A DNA stretch of 64,000 nt. Origin: Rubripirellula sp. GTDB taxonomy: Bacteria; Planctomycetota; Planctomycetia; Pirellulales; Pirellulaceae. The position numbers and the translations under genes are program-made. The DNA is taken from assembly GCA_965216875.1 (NCBI GenBank), contig OZ244207.1, positions 7,200,001 to 7,264,000 of the forward strand. Direction: 5' to 3'. The notes under the pieces are model-generated. The model was not told the DNA's origin. It made no database searches and worked only from the letters and a program-made list of their open reading frames with translations. Numbering within the stretch: the stretch's first letter is position 1; each line of letters begins with the position of its first letter. This document shows, piece after piece, positions 18,535 through 28,197 of the stretch.

Positions 18535-20178
18535 TTAGCGTCGTCCGGTTGCGTCTGGCTGGTCAGCAACCTTCGCTTCGGCATCGGGCGAACGACCAAG
18601 CAGGACCAATTTTGCATTTCGGACAAAACGATGCTTGGCCAATCTCGTGGCGCCGGCAAACCTCGCTCGTACTCGGTAGCGACCATCGATGGATTCGACA
18701 CCGAGCACTTCGCCGAGGATCGAAATAGGGGCACCATTGACGAAGTCGTCGACAACAAGCTTTGCCGCCCCGCTTTGCAATGTGGCCTTAGGTCGTTCCG
18801 TCGCTTCGATCCACGCGGTTGCCTCGATCACGTTTCGATCCGAAAGCACTGCGACGATCGTTCCCGCTTCCACACGCTGGCCAACTTGCACGACGATGTT
18901 CTCTACCGTGCCGCTGCTGGAGGCCGACACGGCAAGTTGATTCGCTTCGATTCGGCATGCTGTTAATTCTGCATCGCACAGCTCGACCTCGATTTGCCGC
19001 TCCGCCTGCTGTTGCTCTATAAGTTTCAACTCAATTTCGGCGAGCTGCAAACGGTGTTGTCTCTCCCGCCGCACATCCGAACGTAGCGGCGTTTGGCCAA
19101 TTTCATCCAACAGCCGGCGCGCTTCGTTAACTTCCAATTGAGCTTTTTGAAACTCAAGGGTCATGGGTTGACGTTGCTGTGCGAGTTTCAAACGCAAGCG
19201 TGCGGCTTCAAACTTTGCAGTTGTGGTTTCGTCATGAAGGGTGACGACGAGATCGCCGCGCTCAATCGTTGCGCCCTGCTGGCTGGCAATGGTATCGACC
19301 CAACCGGAAGCGGCCGTCCTGACCGCGATTTCCTTTGGCAAGTGTACGATGCAATCGGTCAGCACGAGTTCTTTGCGGTCCGCGGCAATGGCGGCTCCAA
19401 CCAAATGAGCAGTGCCGTTTTCGGGTATCGCTCGGTCGCTTCCCGAAATCCCACCTGATGGCAAACCGATGAAGTTCGGAGGGGAAGTTTCGGGAACGCC
19501 TTCGTTGGTGTGGTTGCCAAACAAAGCTTGAAAGGCGATCACCAGTCCAATCGCGGCTACCGCAACGATTGCTGGAACCAAACGCCGTAGTCGTTTTGGC
19601 GATGCGGGCGATTCGTGAAGCTGGGTCAGGGCTTGGTCGATCGATGAGGTGAGTACTTCGTCACGCTGTTCTTGATCGGTGGCAGACAAGTATTCACGGG
19701 CGTGTTTGCCGACTTGGCCAAGGAATCGCAAGTAGCCTTGCAGCGTGGCTTTGTTTGCGTCTTGGTCGATGGTGACTTGGATCAAATGCCGAGGCCCAAG
19801 GGGGGCAAGTGCAACGCGATCGCTTTGTCCGGCCAGATTGACGATCATCGGCGTGGCATCGTCGATCACTTGGGCAAACAAGGCTTGATGAGTGTCGTTG
19901 CAACTTGGGACGCTGCCATCAAGTGAACGTACGCCTGAAAAGGTTTGGTTGTGATCGAGCTGGAAGAGATCGACCGATTCCGATCCAAAGGCCTGCGCAA
20001 CCGTCGTTACGAGCCAGCCAAAGAACTGATCGGCCGACTGGTCGGTCTGAGCGATCGACTCGACCTTTCGCACGATGTCTGCGATTTCAGATTGAATCTG
20101 TTCGACAAGCGGATCGACGTCCGCTTGCGATGTTGCCAGCGGCGATGGCTCGGCTTGAGTCGGTTGCTGAGCGTCCAC
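18535..20178 (-). CDS. HlyD-like periplasmic adaptor with N-terminal GAF-like cytoplasmic domain
   Basis: GAF-like region (..LQGYLRFL), one TM, lipoyl half-motifs ASGWV..QGATIERGD and SSSGTV..VGQRVEAG flanking a coiled coil. Start uncertain (the ORF extends to 20325). Confidence 0.7.
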   Translation of the reverse strand: MDAQQPTQAEPSPLATSQADVDPLVEQIQSEIADIVRKVESIAQTDQSADQFFGWLVTTVAQAFGSESVDLFQLDHNQTFSGVRSLDGSVPSCNDTHQALFAQVIDDATPMIVNLAGQSDRVALAPLGPRHLIQVTIDQDANKATLQGYLRFLGQVGKHAREYLSATDQEQRDEVLTSSIDQALTQLHESPASPKRLRRLVPAIVAVAAIGLVIAFQALFGNHTNEGVPETSPPNFIGLPSGGISGSDRAIPENGTAHLVGAAIAADRKELVLTDCIVHLPKEIAVRTAASGWVDTIASQQGATIERGDLVVTLHDETTTAKFEAARLRLKLAQQRQPMTLEFQKAQLEVNEARRLLDEIGQTPLRSDVRRERQHRLQLAEIELKLIEQQQAERQIEVELCDAELTACRIEANQLAVSASSSGTVENIVVQVGQRVEAGTIVAVLSDRNVIEATAWIEATERPKATLQSGAAKLVVDDFVNGAPISILGEVLGVESIDGRYRVRARFAGATRLAKHRFVRNAKLVLLGRSPDAEAKVADQPDATGRR

Positions 20179-20545
20179 TGGTCGACGTCCGCAGGCAAAA
20201 AGGATCTCGAGAGGCCTTTCGAGTGGCGAGATCTCCACCACGCGAGGCCAGGAAAACGAGTTAGAGGTATCAAAACGACGGTTTTTTGCACAACCGAGGT
20301 TTCTTAAGGTGAATGCAAGCAACACGCTGGTTTTCCGGTCGGATCGACCCGGTTTGCGTGGCGCAAAAGACGTTCAATCGGGGCAAAATGCCAGCAATTC
20401 GGCCACAAGCGAATCTCCCGGTAGGTGAAATCTGCCTGATCGTGCACAATCATGAGCCAGGGAGCCCCGATCCTCCATCAAGAGCCAGATCAGCATCACG
20501 GATAACGATCGGTATCAGGGAAGAAACATCTGACGGTAACCAGAA

Positions 20546-21643
20546 ATGACCATGGTGAAAGAAGCGGAATCGACGACCCAACGCCACGGCCGCCAGACGG
20601 CCGCGCATCACAATCGGCATCGCGACGAGGTCGAGGCAACGCGTCAAGCCAAGGGTTGGAAAGGGGTCTTTCTGATCTATGGACTGATGGCGGTCGGTTT
20701 GATTCTCATCCTTTTCTTTGGTTGGTCGGATCGAGGCGGCACGGCCGGGGCAGACCTGAAGCCAGCCGTCGGCGCGATCCCAGCGAAGTATGATCCGGGC
20801 CGGGCGATGGATTATTTGATCAAGCTTTGCGACATCGGGCCTCGGCCTTCAGGTTCCCAAGCGATGGTGCGTCAGCAGGAGATGCTGAAAGAATTCTTCG
20901 TCGGGCGTGGTGCCGAAGTCACGATGCAAACGTTCGAAGTGCGTCACCCTGAAGACGGTTCCGCTGTGCCGATGGCAAACTTGATCGCATCCTGGCACCC
21001 TAATCGCCCGAAGCGCTTCCTGCTTTGTGCGCACTACGACACGCGACCCTTTCCCGATCGCGATCCGCTTCGCCCACGCGGTGTCTTTGTCGGCGCGAAC
21101 GACGGTGCCAGTGGCACCGCAGCATTGATGGAACTGTCACACAGTCTTTCCGATTTGCCGCCTGACGTCGGAGTCGACATCGTACTTTTTGATGGTGAAG
21201 AGTTTGTTTTCCAACAAGGACGCGACGACTACTTTTTGGGGTCGACCTTCTTCGCCAACAAGTACGTCGCCTCACCACCAGCTGTGCCCTATCGCGGCGG
21301 AATCCTGCTCGACATGATTGGTGATCGCGAGTTGAGGATTTACTACGAAAAAAACAGTTTGCGATTTGCGGGCAAGATGAATCGAAGCATCTGGAAAACC
21401 GCCGACCGTCTTGGCGTGAAAGCGTTTGTCAATCGCTCGAAATATGAGATTGATGATGACCACATTCCGCTAAACAAAGTCGGCCGCATTCCAACGATCG
21501 ACATCATCGACTTCGATTATCCACGTAGTGGCTTCGGCGCGCCCAACTATTGGCACACGGAAAAGGATGTGCCAGAGAATTGCAGTGGCGAGTCGATGGC
21601 AGCCGTCGTTTGGGTCGTTCACCAATGGCTCAAGGAGCAGTAG
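20546..21643 (+). CDS. M28 family peptidase (glutaminyl cyclase-like)
   Basis: CAHYDTR, GANDGASG, FDGEE, LLDMIG, DDHIP and YWHT..D zinc-site motifs; N-terminal TM. Confidence 0.9.
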   Translation: MTMVKEAESTTQRHGRQTAAHHNRHRDEVEATRQAKGWKGVFLIYGLMAVGLILILFFGWSDRGGTAGADLKPAVGAIPAKYDPGRAMDYLIKLCDIGPRPSGSQAMVRQQEMLKEFFVGRGAEVTMQTFEVRHPEDGSAVPMANLIASWHPNRPKRFLLCAHYDTRPFPDRDPLRPRGVFVGANDGASGTAALMELSHSLSDLPPDVGVDIVLFDGEEFVFQQGRDDYFLGSTFFANKYVASPPAVPYRGGILLDMIGDRELRIYYEKNSLRFAGKMNRSIWKTADRLGVKAFVNRSKYEIDDDHIPLNKVGRIPTIDIIDFDYPRSGFGAPNYWHTEKDVPENCSGESMAAVVWVVHQWLKEQ

Positions 21644-21650
21644 GCCGGAG

Positions 21651-22019
21651 ATGGTAGCTTCGCACTTGATGCTTGGATTCGGATTGATCGCGCTGTCGTA
21701 TTGGCTTGATCGCAGCGTCAATAGCGGCTTTGAAGATCGCACCGATGGCAGTGAGATCGACCAGCAGTATTTTGCCTCGCGTCACCGCCGTCGCCGCCGT
21801 GTCAATTTCATCTTGGGACTTTGCGGCGTTTTGATTGTGATCGCCGGCGTCGGCGAACCACGCATCTTTATTGGCTGCTGGTTGCTTGTGACGATCGCAT
21901 TGATGGCTGTCGTTTTTCTCGCTGCGATCGATGTACTGCGAACGCAACGTTATCACGACCAGAAGCTGCCCGAGATCCGCCGTCGAATGCTCGAAGGCGA
22001 CAAACGTAAAGACGGCTGA
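21651..22019 (+). CDS. Small hypothetical membrane protein (3 TM)
   Basis: ATG at 21651 after GGAG, 7 nt after the M28 stop; three hydrophobic segments and an Arg-rich loop. Confidence 0.65.
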   Translation: MVASHLMLGFGLIALSYWLDRSVNSGFEDRTDGSEIDQQYFASRHRRRRRVNFILGLCGVLIVIAGVGEPRIFIGCWLLVTIALMAVVFLAAIDVLRTQRYHDQKLPEIRRRMLEGDKRKDG

Positions 22020-22038
22020 TGAAGCGGAGAGGAACATA

Positions 22039-22100
22039 GTCGCCTTTTGCTCCGCAAAAGTTGCGTTTGCGTGCGCTACTTTCGCGGAGCGAAAGGCGAC
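22039..22100. repeat. REP-like inverted pair, family C
   Basis: gtcgccttttgctccgcaaaagttgcg followed by cgctactttcgcggagcgaaaggcgac. Located between convergent genes. Confidence 0.8.
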
Positions 22101-22122
22101 ATTCCCACGATCGCGTGCGCGA

Positions 22123-23031
22123 CTAAAAGAGCTCGACTTCGCCCGATTCTCGGAAGCACCTGCCGTCGTCACCCACATCGGCTTGAAGCTCCGAGAGTGA
22201 TCGGAAGTCAGGCGATTCGCCGCAAATGATGCGGTGCATTTGTTGCACGTCGTGCTGCATGCGAAGCAACCCTTGGCTAACGGGATCTTGGAAGGCCAAG
22301 TGCGATAGCGTTTGATTCGAACAATCGAGGATTTGGTTGTTCTTGGTTTCGACGTGGTCCAGAACGACCTTGAGCGAGTCGGTTAATTCATCCGTTTTGC
22401 TGCTGACGACTTCCATTTCCTCGTCGAACTGGTTCGACATCGTATCCATTTGCTCTTCAATCACCGCCGTCTGCTCATGCATGCGTGGCATGGCGTCAAG
22501 AAAGATGGCGACCGAGCCTTTGATTTTGTCTGCGGCTTCACTGACCGCATGCGAGAACGCCTGGACCTGTTGGCCGAGAGCGGTGAACCCGCTTCCCTTG
22601 TCACCCAGACGTGCCGCTTCAATGCGGAGGTTGATGGCGAGCACTTGGCTCGTTTTGGTCAATTCCGAAACTTCGCTGGCGGATTGTTGGATGGTTGCAC
22701 ACGCAACACTTGCTTGACTTGCAAGGTCGCGGTGTTGATGAAAGAACTCGCGTGTTTGGTCGATAAAACCAGTGACGATATCGAGTTGGCGATGAACCAA
22801 ATCGCTGATCGAATCGGAGTCTTCACCTTCATCGCCAGATTGACCAACCGCTTCGGCCAGCGAGGATTTGACCTCTTGGTTGCCCTCGGTTGCCGTGCGC
22901 ACGATTTGCGTCAGCAGTTCGCCAATTTTCAGCGCTGCCTCTTCAGTCGAATGCCGCATCTCGTCCATCTCTGACGTGATGCGTTCGGTCACTTCGCCGC
23001 TCAGTTCGATGTCTTGAGGTGTGTGTTCCAT
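22123..23031 (-). CDS. Soluble methyl-accepting chemotaxis-like protein
   Basis: Divergent MCP hairpin tip SQVLAINLRIEAARLG..GSGF; coiled coil, no TM; C-terminal LAFQDPVSQ and SGEVELF. Confidence 0.78.
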   Translation of the reverse strand: MEHTPQDIELSGEVTERITSEMDEMRHSTEEAALKIGELLTQIVRTATEGNQEVKSSLAEAVGQSGDEGEDSDSISDLVHRQLDIVTGFIDQTREFFHQHRDLASQASVACATIQQSASEVSELTKTSQVLAINLRIEAARLGDKGSGFTALGQQVQAFSHAVSEAADKIKGSVAIFLDAMPRMHEQTAVIEEQMDTMSNQFDEEMEVVSSKTDELTDSLKVVLDHVETKNNQILDCSNQTLSHLAFQDPVSQGLLRMQHDVQQMHRIICGESPDFRSLSELQADVGDDGRCFRESGEVELF

Positions 23032-23242
23032 GATGTCGCGACCAGTGGTGTGATGATGTTTGTCTTTGATTCGCGCGTGCGATCAAATGATCACCAGCAT
23101 TTGATTGTTTGCTTTGTCTTGATCACTGCGCAGACCGCTGATGCGGCCGCGCGTTTTTTTCTTGATTGGAAGTGTCGCGTCTGGGCAACCGCTAGGGACA
23201 ACGTTCCTAGCTTGGCTGCCCAGCACGCGACCGACCAATGAA

Positions 23243-23611
23243 CTATGCGGCGGTCAATTTCTTGACGGCGCTCACCAGCATTGCTGCGTCAAATGGCTTG
23301 ACGATCCATCCGCTGGCTCCAGCCTTTTTGGCCTTCATGATCAACTCTTTCGCACCTTCGGTGGTCAGCATCACGATGGGCAGGCTCGAGAAACGCGAGT
23401 CGCTTTTGACTTCTTCGACCATTTCGATGCCATTCTTGTTGGGCATGTTCACGTCGCAGACGACGCAATCGATTCCGCCACCACTGATTTTGTTCTTGCC
23501 ATCCACGCCGTCACAGGCTTCGACGACAGTCAAGCCAGCTTGCGTCAATGCAGCGCCAACTTGTTGGCGAACGGTCGCGGAGTCATCAACAACCAGGACT
23601 GTAGCACTCAT
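23243..23611 (-). CDS. cheY: CheY-like single-domain response regulator
   Basis: VLVVDDS, CDVNMP.KNG, MLTTE, GASGWIVKPF; GGAG upstream of the start. Confidence 0.9.
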   Translation of the reverse strand: MSATVLVVDDSATVRQQVGAALTQAGLTVVEACDGVDGKNKISGGGIDCVVCDVNMPNKNGIEMVEEVKSDSRFSSLPIVMLTTEGAKELIMKAKKAGASGWIVKPFDAAMLVSAVKKLTAA

Positions 23612-23699
23612 TATTCAATCTCCAGGAAGGAAGGGGTTTTTTGATTTTGGTTTTGATTCTGATAGATGGTGTTCGGTTTGATGTTTTGATGTGCGCTGC

Positions 23700-24206
23700 T
23701 TAGAACAGGCTGATGCTGCCTTCTTCGGCAACGGCAAGTTCCGGGTCACGCACCAAGTTCAAGCACTCGTCAACTTCAAGCTTCAAGACGGCTGTGACGT
23801 AGCAACCGGACCACTTCACGTACCAGTGGCCATCGGTTTCGCCGTCAACATGCAGGTCTTTTCCGCACATCGTGACGGGCAAGCCCATGTTCATCAGGAC
23901 GCCATATTCAGCGATCTTGTTCTTGAACCGTCCGACGAGTTGGTTGCCGAGTTCGCCAAGCCAATCCGAGACGTCATCTTCGTCGCCGGCACCAAGTTGT
24001 TTGGCTGTGGTCGACTCGGCGAGCAATACCGCCGAACCGCGAAAGTGCTGGTCGCCAAAACCAACCGAAGCCGCTTGAGCCGACTCGATGCCGGTCAGCA
24101 ACTCGGTGTGTAGTTCGGGTTGAACGCCCGAATAACATTCGATCAATTCACGCAGCGACGTCTTGAATTCTTCAATCAAGACTTCAGTAGGGTTATTCGT
24201 CATCAC
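23700..24206 (-). CDS. cheX: CheX-like chemotaxis phosphatase
   Basis: GF.G..FRGS, DWLGELGNQLVGRFK (ExxN phosphatase motif), GLPVTMCG. Confidence 0.8.
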   Translation of the reverse strand: MMTNNPTEVLIEEFKTSLRELIECYSGVQPELHTELLTGIESAQAASVGFGDQHFRGSAVLLAESTTAKQLGAGDEDDVSDWLGELGNQLVGRFKNKIAEYGVLMNMGLPVTMCGKDLHVDGETDGHWYVKWSGCYVTAVLKLEVDECLNLVRDPELAVAEEGSISLF

Positions 24207-24283
24207 GTTGCCCTTTGTTTATGTGGCCAATGTGTTCAGTGGAATGTTGTTCGTTGGGTGGCAACCACCGGGGCTGCCGAGTT

Positions 24284-24328
24284 GACTCGCGGCGTCAGCA
24301 ACCGCAAATCGTTGCTGACGCCGGAGTC
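24284..24328. terminator. Strong intra-operon hairpin (terminator or mRNA-stabilising stem)
   Basis: Perfect 12-bp stem ggcgtcagcaac/gttgctgacgcc (24291-24322), extended by gactc/gagtc, just downstream of the kinase stop. Confidence 0.5.
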
Positions 24329-24343
24329 GATTTTTGTCATTGC

Positions 24344-26380
24344 CTAAGCAGGTTGAACCAGTTCGTGACCTGGGTCTTCGATGCCATGGTTGGCCAACAT
24401 TTGAGTGGTCTCGGGTGCCATCGAATCGAGTGGGAAGGAGAACTCGAAAGTCGTTCCTTTGCCCGCTTCGGTTTCGACGCCGATGTGTCCGCCCAATGCG
24501 TCACAGGCTTCCTTCACGGCTCCCATGCCAACACCGCGTCCGCTGGTGTCGGTCACCATTTCTGCGGTCGACAAGCCGTCCGAGAAGATTGCGTTGATCA
24601 GATCCTCTTGGCTGTCGCAAGCCACTCCATGCTTTTCGGCAGCGGCTTTGACCTTGTCCCAGTTGATTCCACGACCGTCGTCGGCGATCGAGATCACGTA
24701 CTGGCCATCGCGAATTGCCGTCGAGCAGGAAATGTTGCCCGCCTCGCTCTTGTTTTGGCTGGCGCGATCTTCCGGTGATTCCAACCCGTGGTCGACAGCG
24801 TTGCGGATCACGTGGATCAGCGACGACCAGAACTTGGACCAGATTCCCGCATCCGTTCTCAAGCCGTGGTGCAGCGTTTGAACCATCACTGTGCCTTTGC
24901 CAAGTCGTGCCGCGAGGCTGTTGGCTTGTTCGGCGATTCGGTCCAGACGATCGCTGGTCGGTTCAAGCTGCCAACTCGCAACTTGTCGAGCCAAAACATC
25001 GCTTGTGGCGTTGTTGAGGATCGAGGTCATCAGCTTTTGGAAGTCTTCTTCGGCAAGCACAACCTGGTCGGTATCTTCGGCGACCAAGCGATGCAGGTTG
25101 CCTCGAGTGCTGGCCCAAGCACCGAACATTTCGGTCCACTTTGGCCCCTCTGGAAGCTCTTCGTTTTCAGCGATGAAGTCTTCAATCACGTGGCAAGCGT
25201 CCGCAAGGCGTTGTAAGCCAAAGATCGAAGCGTTCCCCTTGAGCGTGTGGACTTGGCGTTTGATCCAAGACAGCTCTCGACCTTCGCGGTTGCGAAGTGC
25301 TTCGACGATGTCTTCGGCTTCTTGGAAGAACTCCATCAAGCCGTTTCGGTCGGATGTGATCCGTTCGATCATCGCGAGCATTTCGCGGTTTTCGATTTCC
25401 AGTTTTTCGCGTTCGACGTCGGCCGTGATATCGCTGACCACGACTGCCAAGGTCGAAAGCTCGGTTCCGTTGAACACAGGGCTGTATTCGATCGACATTG
25501 TGCGTGAACCGACGCCCACTCGCGATGGGAGTTGAGCGATCGTGACTTCTTCGGGCAAGATGCCGGCGAAGACGTCGTCCAAGCCAAGTTCCAACCAGTC
25601 GGCTGCCTTGGTGTCGTGTTGACGCAGGACATCGGCAAAGGTCGTTTGCGGCTCCACGGCACCGAGCAAGCGGTCGACGGCGGCCGAGCGTTCTTCGCTG
25701 ACCAAGCCTTCGATGCCCAAGGTGAAGAAGCCTTGCTTGACCGAATCGAGCAGCAATTGCATGTCGCGGTTACGACCAGCAAGTTCTTCCGTTCGAGCAG
25801 CAACGATCTTTTCCAGACCAATCACGTTGTCGAAGAAGCTGCGGGCGATAAAACACGCTGCAACCGATTCCAAGACGACGAATGCTGCGTGAACGGCGAC
25901 AACCCAAAACGGAGCTTCGTAGTTGAACACACTCGCAGGCAAAGCCAGCCAAAGGATCGCGTGGTGCAACGCTGCGGTAATCGCAGCGGCCACAATCACC
26001 ATCGGGTTCGCAAAAACCGCTAACAGTGCGAGCAACACAAAGAAGTAGAAGTGCATCTCGATTTGAACGGGACCTTGTCCAAAGTGAACAAGCAAACCGC
26101 CCATGAACATCGCCGTGATGCCCATCACTGTCGAAACCGCGCGACGCGATTTGAACATTCGGTGAGCCAACATTGGCCCCAGCAGCGTCGCCGCAGAAAG
26201 GACCAACGCCTGGATCGGTCCCGTATCGTTAAGGAACGCGATCAGGCTGAGCACCGGAACGTGGGCCACAAAGAACCACGTCGCGATGCGATTCATTCTC
26301 GTCAGGTACTCTTCCTCAAAATCCGAAGTGATTTTGGGGAGCACCAAGTAGTTAACGAGTGCTTTTACTTTCTGTAACAC
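24344..26380 (-). CDS. Membrane-bound CheA-like histidine kinase (multi-TM sensor, PAS-like, Hpt, HATPase; no CheW domain)
   Basis: About 6 TMs with IEMHFYFF; Hpt VHTLKGNAS; CheA-type HATPase HVIRNAVDHG, DDGRGI, GLST, SGRGVGM. The protein ends soon after the HATPase domain. Confidence 0.88.
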   Translation of the reverse strand: MLQKVKALVNYLVLPKITSDFEEEYLTRMNRIATWFFVAHVPVLSLIAFLNDTGPIQALVLSAATLLGPMLAHRMFKSRRAVSTVMGITAMFMGGLLVHFGQGPVQIEMHFYFFVLLALLAVFANPMVIVAAAITAALHHAILWLALPASVFNYEAPFWVVAVHAAFVVLESVAACFIARSFFDNVIGLEKIVAARTEELAGRNRDMQLLLDSVKQGFFTLGIEGLVSEERSAAVDRLLGAVEPQTTFADVLRQHDTKAADWLELGLDDVFAGILPEEVTIAQLPSRVGVGSRTMSIEYSPVFNGTELSTLAVVVSDITADVEREKLEIENREMLAMIERITSDRNGLMEFFQEAEDIVEALRNREGRELSWIKRQVHTLKGNASIFGLQRLADACHVIEDFIAENEELPEGPKWTEMFGAWASTRGNLHRLVAEDTDQVVLAEEDFQKLMTSILNNATSDVLARQVASWQLEPTSDRLDRIAEQANSLAARLGKGTVMVQTLHHGLRTDAGIWSKFWSSLIHVIRNAVDHGLESPEDRASQNKSEAGNISCSTAIRDGQYVISIADDGRGINWDKVKAAAEKHGVACDSQEDLINAIFSDGLSTAEMVTDTSGRGVGMGAVKEACDALGGHIGVETEAGKGTTFEFSFPLDSMAPETTQMLANHGIEDPGHELVQPA

Positions 26381-26388
26381 AACTCACC

Positions 26389-27015
26389 TCATTTGAGTCC
26401 AAAAGGATCGATGATTGCCTTCAGTTCTTTTGAGACAGCACACCCGTAGAGTGGAAGTTCTTCAAAAACTTCGCCCGCTACGGTCCGACGAATCAACGAA
26501 TCGTCTTGGATGTCCAAACCTTGTTTTCGTGATGTGTATCCGCCCGAGTAGCGGATCACGCCTTCAGCGTCGATGACCATCAGCAGAGGAGCTGATTCGA
26601 CGCCGTAGCGTTCTTTCAGTTGGGGAGCTGTGACGACGTCGACGTCATAGCCCTTTTCGTGCGCAACCTTCTCGAGTTCCGGATCGTGCCCAATGAGCAC
26701 GATGCGTTCGTGAGCGATGTCCAACGGATTTCGCTCGACGATCCTCTTCAAGACTCGCCGCGAACAGGGACAATCCCCATACAAGAAATGAAAGGCATGC
26801 CACGAACTGCCCGTGTTGGCGCTAACCAACTCAGTCGCGACGCCCTTCGATGGGTGCGGAAGCTCGACCCAATGTCCGACCATCAAGCTGGCGGTCACCA
26901 CCAACATTCCGGCCGCCCACAAGACAAGTGCGACTTTGCCCCCGCCTCGCATGACTGAAGATGATCGACTCACTGGTCGACCCTGTGCCGATTCGGCTGA
27001 TTCTTGACGAATCAT
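26389..27015 (-). CDS. RedB-like membrane-anchored thioredoxin-fold protein
   Basis: N-terminal TM; HFLYGDCPCSRR, YGVESAP, IRYSGG.T.R and C-terminal PLYGC. Start set at ATG 27015. Confidence 0.65.
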   Translation of the reverse strand: MIRQESAESAQGRPVSRSSSVMRGGGKVALVLWAAGMLVVTASLMVGHWVELPHPSKGVATELVSANTGSSWHAFHFLYGDCPCSRRVLKRIVERNPLDIAHERIVLIGHDPELEKVAHEKGYDVDVVTAPQLKERYGVESAPLLMVIDAEGVIRYSGGYTSRKQGLDIQDDSLIRRTVAGEVFEELPLYGCAVSKELKAIIDPFGLK

Positions 27016-27314
27016 CAGATTGCCCCCGTAATATTGCCCCGTCGCTGCTCGTTTTGCCCGTGAGGCAGCGAACATTGAAAAATGGATTACGGTTTCGGCG
27101 TCAGGTTAACTTTTCGCATGAAGTCGACTCACATTCGTGGCGAAAAGATGACGGTTGTTCGGGTCGCAAGGATCGGCCAGGGCGCTCCACCTGAGTGGGG
27201 AACCAAACAATCGCCGCTGGCTGCCCAAACAATTCCCAGCACGCCCCTGACAAATCGACGATGCACTTCCTAACATGTCGGGCCGTTTGACTCTCCCTTA
27301 CGGCATGGCGCAAC

Positions 27315-27926
27315 ATGCTCGAGATCCTTGAATTGCTCGCCGTCGTCTCTAGTGGTTGCTACGGCGTCCTGCTCGCACGCCGACACCAACTCGACTTCGT
27401 TGGTGTGTTTAGCCTCGCGCTTGTGGTCGCATTTGGCGGCGGCACCATGCGTGATCTGTTTCTCGACCGGCATCCACTTTTTTGGATTCGCGAACACCAC
27501 TATCCGGTCATCATCTTTGTGCTTTCACTGGCGACGTCGCTGATGCCGAAGATGCCTGAGGCAACCGAACGGATGCTTTATATCCCCGACGCGCTGGGAC
27601 TTGGTCTGTTCACGATCGTTGGAGCGACGGCCGCAATGGACGCGGGGACATCCTTGTTCATCGCTTCATTGATGGGAGTGATCACGGGAACCTTTGGTGG
27701 CGTGATCGGCGACATCGTTTGCAATCGCGTTCCCAGCTTGTTCCGCACCGCGCCGCTCTTTGCAACCTGTGCGTTCGCTGGATGCTGGTTGCTCTTTTCA
27801 CTCCAGGCTGTTCGCGTGCCCGAACCCTACGCGACAACAACTGCGACTGGATTTATCGTCATCTTCCGACTCGCATCGGTCCGGTGGAACTGGCAACTGC
27901 CACCGATGGATGTCGACCGGCCGTGA
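27315..27926 (+). CDS. Trimeric intracellular cation channel (TRIC/UPF0126, YadS-like) family protein
   Basis: Duplicated GGG motifs AFGGGTMRD and TFGGVIGD, DALGLGLF; 7 TMs. Confidence 0.9.
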   Translation: MLEILELLAVVSSGCYGVLLARRHQLDFVGVFSLALVVAFGGGTMRDLFLDRHPLFWIREHHYPVIIFVLSLATSLMPKMPEATERMLYIPDALGLGLFTIVGATAAMDAGTSLFIASLMGVITGTFGGVIGDIVCNRVPSLFRTAPLFATCAFAGCWLLFSLQAVRVPEPYATTTATGFIVIFRLASVRWNWQLPPMDVDRP

Positions 27927-28197
27927 TGCTCGCGCGGCCAGCGGCCTTGATCGTCAGGCGTGCAAGTCACAGTGGAGGTGGCGTGAAACTCGCATCCAAA
28001 CTTTTCCGCTTGCATTCTCTTCACGCCAGAGCCTACTCGATAATTGTCGTCTGAAGAGTTGAAGGGGCGGTTTTCGCAGGTATCGCTGAGGAAAGCTCCC
28101 GTGACAAGTCGATTCACAGGGTGTTCAGCACTCTAACCTCTTGGTGGTGCTCTCACCGAGTGAGCGAAAAACGACCGAACTATGAGCAAAAAGCAGC

